From assembly GCF_003945235.1 (NCBI RefSeq), contig NZ_RSDW01000001.1, forward strand, positions 1,500,001-1,532,000: DNA of 32,000 bases, read 5' to 3'. Below, one piece after another: positions 16,701 to 25,795 of this stretch; position 1 is the first letter of the stretch; each line of letters begins with the position of its first letter. The translations under genes and the position numbers were made by a program. The stretch comes from Edaphobacter aggregans (lineage in GTDB: Bacteria > Acidobacteriota > Terriglobia > Terriglobales > Acidobacteriaceae). Below the pieces are notes generated by a model. The model did not search any database. It was given only the letters and a program-made list of their open reading frames with translations, and had not been told where the DNA came from.

Positions 16701-19631
16701 TTAGAAGTTAAACGACATCTGCAACAAGATACGTCGCAGCGCCGCGTTGCTGGTGTAGAACTGCCCAGCCAACTGTGTGTACTTTCCGAAGTTCTGCGGC
16801 GTGTTCAGCACGGAACCTGGCGCACTAAAGTTATCCGTCGAGAACAGGTTCTGGAACTGTGCAGAGAACGTCAGGTTGTACCGTTTGCCAGTGCTGGCAC
16901 CGCCGCCTCCGGGACCGCCACGACCACCACCGCCAGCGAGACCACCACCCGGTCCTCCACGACCGCCGCCGGGACCTCCGGGGCCGCCAGCACCACCACG
17001 ATTACCACCCTGACCGCCTTGAGCAAGTTGTCCCGTCGGTTCTCCGAATCCGAAGGTCTTGCCGACACGCAGATTCATCGTGAACAAACCCTTCGCAGTG
17101 CAGTAGTTGATTGGAACCGTCGTTAGACCCGCTGCAGGCCTGGCAAAGCTCGTGATATCCGAGCAGTTCCCCGACGTCCCGCTCGCGAACGCGGGTCGGT
17201 CGTTGAATTGTCCATCGTGATTCAGATCGCTGCCCACCGTCAGGTTATACGGAGTCCCGGAGGCGGCAACAATAAACGGATTCAGCGAAATATGATACGG
17301 CAGCGTGACGCTCCCATAGAGGAATGCCCGATTGCGTACATCGAACGATGCCCGCCCGTAATCCGCGCCGATGTTGAACGGAACCGACGGGAAGCTGGTT
17401 GCACCAGCCGTATCCGATTTCGCAAAATTCAATACGTAGTAGCCGCCCAGCGTAAAGTACCGGCTAGTGCGAATATTTACATTCGCGATCAGCTGGTTTT
17501 GCCGAAATACGCCCTCGGACTGGAACTGCTTGATGATCTCCGGGTGAGAGCCTGGCGCAGGCTGAACAGGATAGATCAGGTTTCCACTATCGTCGACGCC
17601 AATTGGAGAGTTGATGTTCTGGCTGATGAACTGGTGTACGCCTCTTGCATTCAGATAATTCAATGACAGCGTCGCGCCGCGGAAGAGTTGCTGATCGGCT
17701 CCAAGCGCAAACTGAAGCGTATACGGCGCACGCAGGTTAGGCGCAGACCCCCACGTCGTTTGACCGCCTGGTGTCCCCGCCGTGCAACCGCTCAGATTCG
17801 TCGGCGAACACGTCGTCGGATCGGGACTAGCAAGTGTCGTCTGTGTCTGATGGACGCCATCCTGCCGAACCGTCGTCGTGATGTTAGTCAGATTGAATCG
17901 GTCATAGAACATTCCGAACCCGCCGCGCAGCACCGTCTTCGGTGTCCCCTTCGGACTTCCCAACCCATAGGCAAACGAGACGCGCGGCGCAACGTTTTGG
18001 TTACCATTCAAGTGGTTCTGTGTTTCGTAACGAAGCCCATAACTCAACGTCAAGTTCGGCCGTGGCTTCCAGTCATCCTCGGCATACAAGCCAACGTCGA
18101 CCATAGTTGCATTCACCGGAACGAACCCTGTCGTAATAGTGAACTGGCTGGCGCTTCCGCTCATGTACGACGAAGTGCAATCCGTCGTTACGAGACAGTT
18201 ATAGGTAAACATGCCGTTCTTGCCCGACGTCGTTTGGTTGTAGTCGCTGGTCGTTCGCAAACGCCCGCCGAACCGGATGAAGTTCTTCTGAAGCTGGATC
18301 GAAGTGTAGTTCTGTACCTCAAAGTGATTTTGGATATCGGTGATGTTGCCGGCGTTCGAACCTCCGCCGGTAAATGCTCCCTGCACGTTGATCGTCGGGC
18401 TCAAGTTCTGCGCAGTCTGCGTGCTGCTGTCGCGTTCATACTCGAATCGCGTCTCGTTGATCACCCGCGAATTCACGATCTGCGTATCGCTCATCTGCAG
18501 TGTGGCTTCAGAACTCGACAGGTTGTACCCCGTCGTAGGCAGATCGAAACCACCCACACCGTCATTCTGCGTATCGTTCTGGTAATACTGGAACCGCGTC
18601 GTCAGCGTATTCTTCTCGCCAAGCGCTAGATCCAGTCGTGGGCTGATGTCGGTTCTCACCTGTGGCAGCAGTGTCGCCGCCTGGTAAGAGCAAGTTGTCT
18701 GTCCCGCCGGGCACGTAAACAGAGATGCCGGCACAATCGCGTTCACGATCGTGTTGTCCTGGATCGAGCGGTGCGATCCGCCGATTGAATAGGATGCGAT
18801 GCGGGAGATCGGCCCCGAAAAGTTACCGAACATGAAGACCGAGTGATACGGCGGCTGCACAATCGGCGTCTGCCCGGGACTCAGATTCGCATTCAGCAGC
18901 GGATTGCCGGAGTTGAACGACGAATCATTGCCCGTCAACGAATACTGTCCATGAATCTTGTCCGTGCCCGGCTTGGTAAACACTTCGACGCGTCCATATC
19001 CCAGCCGATCAAACTGTGCCGAAAACGGATTCTGGTTGATTCGAATCTCGCGGATCGACGACTTCGGCGGAAGCTGACCGCCAGTAAATCCATCCACATA
19101 AATCTGTCCGCCATTCGGCCCCGCCGCCGGTCCCGCCAATGCCGACAACTCAGACGACAACTCATCCGGATCATCCGAGAGCGCATCGAGATCCTTGCCT
19201 TTGATCACCGTCGAACTCGCATTGCTATCCGAGTCCACGCCCACCTGCGCCGACTGCGCCGTTACCTGAACCTCCTGCGTCTGCGCCTGGATAGCCATCT
19301 TCACGTTCTGCGTCAGCGCCTGTCCAGCGGCCACCCGCACATCCATCTTCACGAAGGTGGCAAAACCCTGCATCGTCACCGTCATCGAATAGGCTCCAGC
19401 CGGCACGCCATGTAGCGTAAAGGCTCCATCGCTCTGCGATTGCACAACCTGGGCCTTCCCCTTGCCCGAGGCCGGAGTCAGCGTGACCGTCGCACCCGGA
19501 ATGACAGCATCATCGGGGTCAGTCACCAAACCACGCACCGTAGCCGCAGCCGGCTGCTGAGCGCGCACAAACATCGGCGTCAAGGCAATGAAAAAAAGAA
19601 AAAAGATCTTCAGTTTTGAACAAAATGACAT
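16701..19631 (-). CDS. TonB-dependent outer-membrane receptor with N-terminal carboxypeptidase-regulatory-like domain
   Basis: 976 aa. Signal peptide ending FVRAQQ, CarboxypepD_reg-like RGLVTDPDDAVIPGATVTL...DGAFTLHGVPAGAYSMTV, a plug region, a long beta-rich barrel, and a C-terminal ...LLQMSFNF ending in Phe. Confidence 0.9.
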   Translation of the reverse strand: MSFCSKLKIFFLFFIALTPMFVRAQQPAAATVRGLVTDPDDAVIPGATVTLTPASGKGKAQVVQSQSDGAFTLHGVPAGAYSMTVTMQGFATFVKMDVRVAAGQALTQNVKMAIQAQTQEVQVTAQSAQVGVDSDSNASSTVIKGKDLDALSDDPDELSSELSALAGPAAGPNGGQIYVDGFTGGQLPPKSSIREIRINQNPFSAQFDRLGYGRVEVFTKPGTDKIHGQYSLTGNDSSFNSGNPLLNANLSPGQTPIVQPPYHSVFMFGNFSGPISRIASYSIGGSHRSIQDNTIVNAIVPASLFTCPAGQTTCSYQAATLLPQVRTDISPRLDLALGEKNTLTTRFQYYQNDTQNDGVGGFDLPTTGYNLSSSEATLQMSDTQIVNSRVINETRFEYERDSSTQTAQNLSPTINVQGAFTGGGSNAGNITDIQNHFEVQNYTSIQLQKNFIRFGGRLRTTSDYNQTTSGKNGMFTYNCLVTTDCTSSYMSGSASQFTITTGFVPVNATMVDVGLYAEDDWKPRPNLTLSYGLRYETQNHLNGNQNVAPRVSFAYGLGSPKGTPKTVLRGGFGMFYDRFNLTNITTTVRQDGVHQTQTTLASPDPTTCSPTNLSGCTAGTPGGQTTWGSAPNLRAPYTLQFALGADQQLFRGATLSLNYLNARGVHQFISQNINSPIGVDDSGNLIYPVQPAPGSHPEIIKQFQSEGVFRQNQLIANVNIRTSRYFTLGGYYVLNFAKSDTAGATSFPSVPFNIGADYGRASFDVRNRAFLYGSVTLPYHISLNPFIVAASGTPYNLTVGSDLNHDGQFNDRPAFASGTSGNCSDITSFARPAAGLTTVPINYCTAKGLFTMNLRVGKTFGFGEPTGQLAQGGQGGNRGGAGGPGGPGGGRGGPGGGLAGGGGRGGPGGGGASTGKRYNLTFSAQFQNLFSTDNFSAPGSVLNTPQNFGKYTQLAGQFYTSNAALRRILLQMSFNF
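16893..17021 (-). other. Gly-rich low-complexity insert inside the receptor barrel
   Basis: Encodes QGGQGGNRGGAGGPGGPGGGRGGPGGGLAGGGGRGGPGGGGAS between strand-like segments FTMNLRVGKTFGF and RYNLTFSAQFQNLF. Confidence 0.8.
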
Positions 19632-19682
19632 TACTGCTCCTCAAAAGAAAGACAAAAAAACAACGTTACTGTTGTCGACGGC

Positions 19683-20933
19683 TTACTGCACACCACCGCC
19701 AGCATCAGGAGCCCCTCCGCCTACATTCCACGGCGACAAGGTCATCGCCGGGCTGCCACTTGGCGTCGCCGCAAGAATCGGCTCCACACCAGCAAGCAGA
19801 GTCACCGCCGTCACCGTCTGGCTGCTCGGTTCGGCCTGTGACGCGACAACCATCACCGCATCTCCCACCTTCAGATCAGCCAGACTCCCTGTAGGAAGCC
19901 TGGACAACATCTGCGACAGATCTCCTCCCGCAGACCTTCCTCCTCCACCCGGTCCACCGGGACCGCCCATGCCACCAGCGCCGCGCGGACCGCCACCTGC
20001 AGCAGCACCCGCACCCGCCGCTGCAGTCTGTCCACCACTACTCGCTGTCGCTTGACCGCCACCCGGTGCACCCGCCGCTGCACCACCTCTCGCCCTCGCC
20101 GCAAACCTCGCCGCAATCTCAGGCGGTAGTTTGCGAACATCCGAGTTCGCCGTCACCATCACGGTCATTGTCTTCTTTGTCGTCAGGTCCTTCAAAGTCA
20201 ACGTTCCGCCCGCGGCATTGATCGTCGCAATTGTTCCCGCCAGATTCTTGAATGACCCGCTCACAACCTCTTCGGCCTGAATCGTCGAGCCATCCTCGGA
20301 CTTCGTCCCACGTACACGAAGCTGATCGCCCACCTGAATCTGTGCCAGCGTACCTGGCTTCGCATCTTCAAACTTCACCGAGTCGCCCGAGTAGCGCCGG
20401 AATTTCGTGTTGTCTGCCGTCTGGATCTGAATTTTCTTCGCGCCAGCAGATATCGTCAGTGTCCCGCCGTCGACCGCGCTCACTAGCCCGCCGGACCCGC
20501 GCTTCTGCCAGTCCGCCTTCTCCGCTGCATTCTTCTCTGCAATATCCGTGGACTTCATCAGAATCACGCGCGACGCTGTGAAGCCGCCATCATCGCCAGC
20601 CTTACCCGTCACCAATACGCGGTCGCCCACAGCGACATCTGTCAACGCAATCTGCTGAGCCGACTTCAAATCCGTGCTTCCCGGCGCCAGCTGCAGGACC
20701 TTCGCCCCGTCGGCAACACTCACCGAAACCTGCGAACCGCTATCGGTCGCCAACGTCACACTATTTCCCGAGATCGACTTCACTGTACCCAGCTGACGCG
20801 CAGCGGCTGCAGCAGGGGCCGGGCTCTGCGCCAATGCCTTCGATCCCTCTAAAGCCCCCCCCAGAGGAAGCATCAGGCCCAGGCACATTGCTGGCGTTCG
20901 CCAAATTCCGGATCTCGTAAACATCGTCTTCAT
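19683..20933 (-). CDS. secreted protein with three DUF5666-like beta repeats
   Basis: Start moved to ATG 20933 (MKTMF, AGGAGAAGG immediately upstream) from the track TTG at 20951. Signal peptide ends ALAQ. Three repeats of about 80 aa: GTVKSISGNSVTL..., GLVSAVDGGTLTI..., AGTIATINAAGGTLTL.... Stop lies 51 nt upstream of the receptor gene on the same strand. Confidence 0.75.
   Translation of the reverse strand: MKTMFTRSGIWRTPAMCLGLMLPLGGALEGSKALAQSPAPAAAAARQLGTVKSISGNSVTLATDSGSQVSVSVADGAKVLQLAPGSTDLKSAQQIALTDVAVGDRVLVTGKAGDDGGFTASRVILMKSTDIAEKNAAEKADWQKRGSGGLVSAVDGGTLTISAGAKKIQIQTADNTKFRRYSGDSVKFEDAKPGTLAQIQVGDQLRVRGTKSEDGSTIQAEEVVSGSFKNLAGTIATINAAGGTLTLKDLTTKKTMTVMVTANSDVRKLPPEIAARFAARARGGAAAGAPGGGQATASSGGQTAAAGAGAAAGGGPRGAGGMGGPGGPGGGGRSAGGDLSQMLSRLPTGSLADLKVGDAVMVVASQAEPSSQTVTAVTLLAGVEPILAATPSGSPAMTLSPWNVGGGAPDAGGGVQ
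19923..20096 (-). other. Gly/Ala-rich low-complexity insert in the third DUF5666-like repeat
   Basis: Encodes RARGGAAAGAPGGGQATASSGGQTAAAGAGAAAGGGPRGAGGMGGPGGPGGGGRSAGG. Shares the GGPGGPGGG(G)R string with the receptor insert. Confidence 0.8.
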
Positions 20934-21132
20934 CCTTCTCCTAGAGTGCAAGGGTCCTATCTCGAAATAAATCTGATACAGAATTCCAGTTTTCTAATGA
21001 CAAGACGGTGCAACAGACTAAAAAGTTCCGTTTCGGACGACACTTTCGCGTCGCTTAATCCGAATCCTTGGCGAACTTATCACTCGGGGCTTAACCCTAG
21101 CTTAACCTGCGTCTCGACTTGACGCAAAGCGT

Positions 21133-22881
21133 CTATTCTTTTTCAGCAGACACGATCGCCAGTCCATCGGCAGGCACCATCACGCTGTCCCCACCCACGA
21201 CAACCCCGTCACGCGACGCCAGTACAAGCCGGAAGCCCCCCAGACTTCCAAACGTCATAGGCTCGTCTCCCAGATTGCATATCACCTTCACCAGCCCGCG
21301 CTTCATCATCAACCACCGCTTCTCTTCATCGAACTCCACCTTCACATGCGCCGGATCGCCATCATTCAGAGAGATCGAACTCCGCCGCAAACGAATCAGG
21401 CCGCGATACCAATCCATCATCTCCTCATGTCTGCCTTCCCCGGCCTCGTCCCACTTCAACTTCGACCGCTCAAACGTCTCCACCTTCTCCGGATCAGGAA
21501 TCACCGCCGGATCCCACCCAAACGCCGCAAACTCCCGTCGCCGCCCCTCAGACACCGCCCTCGCCATCTCCGGATCATCATGATCCGCAAAATACTGAAA
21601 CGGCGTCGATGCCGCATACTCCTCTCCCTGAAAGAGCATCGGAAGAAACGGAGCTGTCAGCATCAACCCCGCCGCAACCTTAGCCCGTTCGAACCCCACA
21701 ACCTGCTCCAGACGATCCCCCGTCGCACGATTCCCCACCTGATCGTGATTTTGTATGAACCCAATAAACCGATGCGCCGACAGCCCTCTCACCGGCCTCC
21801 CATGCGTTCTCTTCCGATACCGCGAATACACCCCGTCATACACAAATATCTCTGTCAGCGACTTCGCCAACCGCTCGAAAGACCCAAAGTCCTCGTAGTA
21901 CCCTTTGCGCGCATCCTCCACATGCAGCACAGTAAACAGCGCATGATGAAAATCATCGTTCCACTGCGCATCCATCCCGTAACCGCCAGCCTCACGCGGC
22001 ATCACCACTCGCGGATCATTCAGATCGCTCTCCGCAATCACCACCAAACGGCGCTCCAGCATCGACGAGAGCACTTCCACCTCTGCCGTGAGCTGCTCCA
22101 TAAAATGAATCGCCGACCGATCGACAAACTCATGCACCGCATCCAGCCGCAACCCATCAATGCGATAATCCCGCATCCACATCAGCGCGTTGTCGCAAAA
22201 AAACCTCCGCGCCTCATCGCTACCCGCCTCTTCGAAGTTCACCGCATCACCCCACGGCGTATGGTGCCTGTTCGTCATATACGGCCCAAACTTGCCTGTG
22301 TAATTTCCCACCGGCCCAAAGTGGTTGTAGACAACATCGAGCAACACCGCCAGCCCCTCACGATGGCAAGCATCCACCAGCCGCTTCAACCCATCTGGCC
22401 CGCCATACTGCTCCGTCACCGCATACATCGCAGCCCCGTCATACCCCCATCCATGCCGTCCTGGAAACGCCGCCACCGGCATGATCTCCAGATGCGTCAC
22501 GCCAAGCGCAACCAGATGAGCCAGCCGCTCAATCGCCGAATCGAAGGTCCCACCCTGCGTAAACGTACCTACGTGCATCTCGTAGATCACGGCACCCGAC
22601 AAAGGCGGCGCATTCCAATGCTCCTCCTGCCATGCAAACGCCTTCTGGTCGTACACACGTGAAGCCCCATGCACACCATGCGGTTGCCAGGCACTGCGGG
22701 GGTCAGGATAAGGCGTCGGATCATCCTCCACCAGAAACGCATAGTCCGTCCCAGGCCCAGCACTCTCCACCCCAGCCTTCCACCATCCCTGCTCATTCGG
22801 CCCATTCATCGGATACGACGCTTCGCCCACCTTCACCGCAACTCTGCTCACCCAAGGAGCCCACACAGAGAACTCATGCAT
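21133..22881 (-). CDS. treZ: malto-oligosyltrehalose trehalohydrolase (GH13)
   Basis: 582 aa from ATG 22881 (MHEFSVWAPW). N-terminal CBM48-like segment, GH13 motifs VLLDVVYNHFGP, GLRLDAVH, AESDLNDP, FIQNHDQVGNR. There is an 8-nt overlap with the treY stop (ATGCATGA). Confidence 0.9.
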   Translation of the reverse strand: MHEFSVWAPWVSRVAVKVGEASYPMNGPNEQGWWKAGVESAGPGTDYAFLVEDDPTPYPDPRSAWQPHGVHGASRVYDQKAFAWQEEHWNAPPLSGAVIYEMHVGTFTQGGTFDSAIERLAHLVALGVTHLEIMPVAAFPGRHGWGYDGAAMYAVTEQYGGPDGLKRLVDACHREGLAVLLDVVYNHFGPVGNYTGKFGPYMTNRHHTPWGDAVNFEEAGSDEARRFFCDNALMWMRDYRIDGLRLDAVHEFVDRSAIHFMEQLTAEVEVLSSMLERRLVVIAESDLNDPRVVMPREAGGYGMDAQWNDDFHHALFTVLHVEDARKGYYEDFGSFERLAKSLTEIFVYDGVYSRYRKRTHGRPVRGLSAHRFIGFIQNHDQVGNRATGDRLEQVVGFERAKVAAGLMLTAPFLPMLFQGEEYAASTPFQYFADHDDPEMARAVSEGRRREFAAFGWDPAVIPDPEKVETFERSKLKWDEAGEGRHEEMMDWYRGLIRLRRSSISLNDGDPAHVKVEFDEEKRWLMMKRGLVKVICNLGDEPMTFGSLGGFRLVLASRDGVVVGGDSVMVPADGLAIVSAEKE

Positions 22882-25573
22882 CCCCACGTCCCTCACTGAT
22901 ATCTTCACGCACCAGCAGCGCCACCGGAAAATCTTTCCAGAGCATCTCCACCGCAACTCTTCCCCCGCCCACCATCTCTCCCGTCAAACGATTCCGCCAC
23001 TGCCCCTCCGGCAAACTCACCGTCGTTCTGCGCCACGCTCCCTCCATCTTCATCGTCAACCGTGGCACCACCGTTGCAACAGAATCCCCCCTCAGATACG
23101 CAATCACATACTCATTCTTCACTCCCGCGACATCCAGCGGAGCATACGCCGCCTCAGCATCGAACCACTCCGGCCGCTCGCGCCGCAAATGCAACGCCTG
23201 ATGGATCACCCACAGCTTCGGCAGTCCCTCCTCCATCCCCTCCATCACCCGCGCAGCAACATGCTCGCACTTCATCACCTTCAACTCTTCCAGCAACCGC
23301 CTCCGCGTCTCAAAATCCACAGGCCGCCGATTATCCGGATCGACCAGACTCAAATCCCAGAGCTCCGTCCCCTGATAAAGATCCGGCACGCCCGGTGCTG
23401 TATGTTTGATCAGCGTCTGCACCAGCGAGTTCACCCGCCCCGGCCCCTTCACCTTCTCGACAAACTGCTCCAGCTCTTTCAAAAACGGCTCGTGCCCCAA
23501 CGTCTTCTCGACAAACAGATGCAGCGCGTCCTCGAACTCCTTGTTATTCGCCACCCACGTCGTCTGCTGCTTCGCCTCACGCACAGCCTTCAGCATGTAA
23601 CTCTGCGCACGATCCACCGGCAGAGGCCATGCACCAATCAAGGTCTGGTAGTACAGATACTCCGTATTCCGATCCGGCATCTCCCCAGTGCGAAACTCAC
23701 GATTCATACGCGACCACCGCTGCGCCACGCCCCCAAACCGCCCCGGTATCTCCGACAACACCGCCAGCCGCGCCCGCACATCATCACTTCGCTTCGTATC
23801 ATGCGTTGCCAGTGCCGTCATCGTCACCGGATGCGTCGCCTGCATCTTCGCGCAATAGGCATGAAACTCCGCCACGCTCAAACCATCGCACCCCGGATCA
23901 TTCCCCACCTCATTCAAACCCGTCAACCGGTTGTAGCAATAGAACGCCGTATCCTCCACACCCTTAGCCATCACTGGCCCCGTGAACTGCTGGAACCGAA
24001 GCACAAACTCCGTCTCCTGTTTCCCCTTCACCTCCATCGTCAACACATCACGAAGAAAATCGAAAAGCCCCGCATCGACATCCTGTCGTTTCTGCTTCGC
24101 GCACTCAGTAGCCTGCACGATATAAGCCCTGTCTTCATCCGTAATCTCTTCGCGATCTGGAACCACATACGTCCGATAGATCGCAAAGCACGCCGCCAGC
24201 TCACGAATCGCGCGCCGCACCTCTGTCTGCGTAAAGTCCCTCTGATTACGGTTGCTCTCGCATATCTCCACAAACAGCGACGTCAGCCGATTCACATCGC
24301 TCCCCAGAGCCTCCTGCAGCACGTTGATCTTCTTCTCATGCGCGACCGCCGAAAACTCCGTCAACTGCCCCGCAAACTGCTTACCTAGAAACGCTTGATA
24401 CACGCGGCCCAACTCCACCATTCCCGCAGAATCCACCAGCACACCACCCACAGCATTCAGAAAGTCATACCCCGAAGTCCCCTGAATCGGCCAGCTCTCC
24501 CGCAAAAACTCTCCCGGCTCAAGAATCTTCTCGCCCACAATCCACGCATCCGGCGCATGCTCTCTCAATCTCTTCAAATACTCCAGCGGATCGCGCAACC
24601 CATCCGGATGATCCACCCTCACACCATCCAGCACGCCACGCCGCAGCCACTCCAGCACCAGCGCATGCGACTCCTCAAACACATGCTCGCGCTCCACCCT
24701 CAATCCCACAAGTGAGTTCACATCAAAAAACCTGCGGAAGCTTATCTGTTGTCCCGACGTCTTCCAATAAGCCAGCCGGTAGTTCTGCTGATTCAGAAAA
24801 TCATCCAGCGCATCAAGATTCGCATTCAACTCCGACAACGATTTATCAATCCCCCCGCAGACTCCAGCCTCTTCCGCGCACAATCTCTCCAGCAGCGTAT
24901 ACAACACCACCTTGTCCCGATGCCGAGCCAGAATCCGTCTGCGATCAACAAACTCCGGAGCCTCCAGCCGCCCAAACGACGACGCCAGAAAACTCAGCGT
25001 ATCCGACTTCGCATACTCAGCCGCCCGCGCCAGTATCGCCGGCAACGACGGAGGAGCTACCGGCAGTGTCTGTCCAGAAGCTTCCACCTGAAACTTATTC
25101 CCTTGCCTCACCACCTTGATGCCGCCCGCCTGCAGCACCCGCCCATACTGGTCAGGAAGAATCGGCACCAGCACCTTATTCCTTAGCCGCTCTTCCTGCG
25201 GCTGCCAATCGATATCGAAGAACGACGCATACCGGCTCGACGTCCCGTTCTCCAACACATCCCACCAATAACGATTCTCCTTCCCCAGCGACATATGGTT
25301 CGGCACGGTATCCAGTACCTGTCCCAGGTGAAGCTCACCCAGCTTCTTGCAAAACCGTTCGTGTCCCTCAGCCCCACCCAACTCCTCATTCACCCGCTGA
25401 TGCGAGACCACGTCATAACCATGCGTACTCCCTGACGCTGCCTGCAGATAAGGCGAGCAATAAACATGCGACACCCCCAACGCACACAGATACTCTGCAA
25501 CCTTCGCCGCATCGTCAAACGTAAAATCTTTATTCAATTGCAGGCGATACGTAGAACTTGGAATTCGCAACAC
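22874..25573 (-). CDS. treY: malto-oligosyltrehalose synthase (GH13)
   Basis: 899 aa. STYRLQLNKDFTFDDAAKVAEYLCALGVSHVYCSPYLQA..GSTHGYDV N-terminus, VLDTVPNHM, GVRVDHPDGL, ATHDTKRSEDVRARL-like segment (ATHDTKRSDDVRARL). Confidence 0.9.
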   Translation of the reverse strand: MLRIPSSTYRLQLNKDFTFDDAAKVAEYLCALGVSHVYCSPYLQAASGSTHGYDVVSHQRVNEELGGAEGHERFCKKLGELHLGQVLDTVPNHMSLGKENRYWWDVLENGTSSRYASFFDIDWQPQEERLRNKVLVPILPDQYGRVLQAGGIKVVRQGNKFQVEASGQTLPVAPPSLPAILARAAEYAKSDTLSFLASSFGRLEAPEFVDRRRILARHRDKVVLYTLLERLCAEEAGVCGGIDKSLSELNANLDALDDFLNQQNYRLAYWKTSGQQISFRRFFDVNSLVGLRVEREHVFEESHALVLEWLRRGVLDGVRVDHPDGLRDPLEYLKRLREHAPDAWIVGEKILEPGEFLRESWPIQGTSGYDFLNAVGGVLVDSAGMVELGRVYQAFLGKQFAGQLTEFSAVAHEKKINVLQEALGSDVNRLTSLFVEICESNRNQRDFTQTEVRRAIRELAACFAIYRTYVVPDREEITDEDRAYIVQATECAKQKRQDVDAGLFDFLRDVLTMEVKGKQETEFVLRFQQFTGPVMAKGVEDTAFYCYNRLTGLNEVGNDPGCDGLSVAEFHAYCAKMQATHPVTMTALATHDTKRSDDVRARLAVLSEIPGRFGGVAQRWSRMNREFRTGEMPDRNTEYLYYQTLIGAWPLPVDRAQSYMLKAVREAKQQTTWVANNKEFEDALHLFVEKTLGHEPFLKELEQFVEKVKGPGRVNSLVQTLIKHTAPGVPDLYQGTELWDLSLVDPDNRRPVDFETRRRLLEELKVMKCEHVAARVMEGMEEGLPKLWVIHQALHLRRERPEWFDAEAAYAPLDVAGVKNEYVIAYLRGDSVATVVPRLTMKMEGAWRRTTVSLPEGQWRNRLTGEMVGGGRVAVEMLWKDFPVALLVREDISEGRGDA

Positions 25574-25795
25574 ACTCAGCCTCGGTCGGTTAGTAACGCA
25601 AGTCTTGAAAGCGGTCAGTACGTCATTAGGAGGTTGCTGAAAGGACCTTATTCTGAAGTTCTAAAAGAAGGCGGCCATCATCGCCGCAGGTGCACTGCGA
25701 GGTTAGCGGCCGGATCTCTCCATACCGCAACAAAATTTTCATCTATCTCTTAGAGCCGCATACCTTAGCTTTGGGTTGCACTCGCAACTAACCCT

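Noticed and set aside
16893-20096. Gly-rich segments read as collagen-like or PE/PPE-like repeats, or as Pro-rich proteins on the + strand
   Set aside because: There is no G-X-Y triplet periodicity. The + strand Pro-rich ORFs (16777-17013, 19588-20055) are antisense artefacts of the Gly codons.
22882-22956. N-terminal extension of treZ (MRWRCSGKIFRWRCWCVKISVRDVG)
   Set aside because: It overlaps the treY 3' end in another frame and is W/C/R-rich. ATG 22881 gives the usual treY-treZ ATGCATGA coupling and a normal TreZ N-terminus.
21346-24388. 438-aa and 399-aa + strand ORFs antisense to treZ and treY
   Set aside because: R/P/H/L/Q-rich, repetitive, no motifs. Both overlap confidently assigned GH13 genes.
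25574-25795. Hairpins (GTTGC-gagt-GCAAC; CGCAG-gtgca-CTGCG) in the GH15-treY spacer as terminators
   Set aside because: The stems are only 5 bp and lack a following T-run. That is not enough to call a terminator, and the spacer may equally hold a treY promoter.
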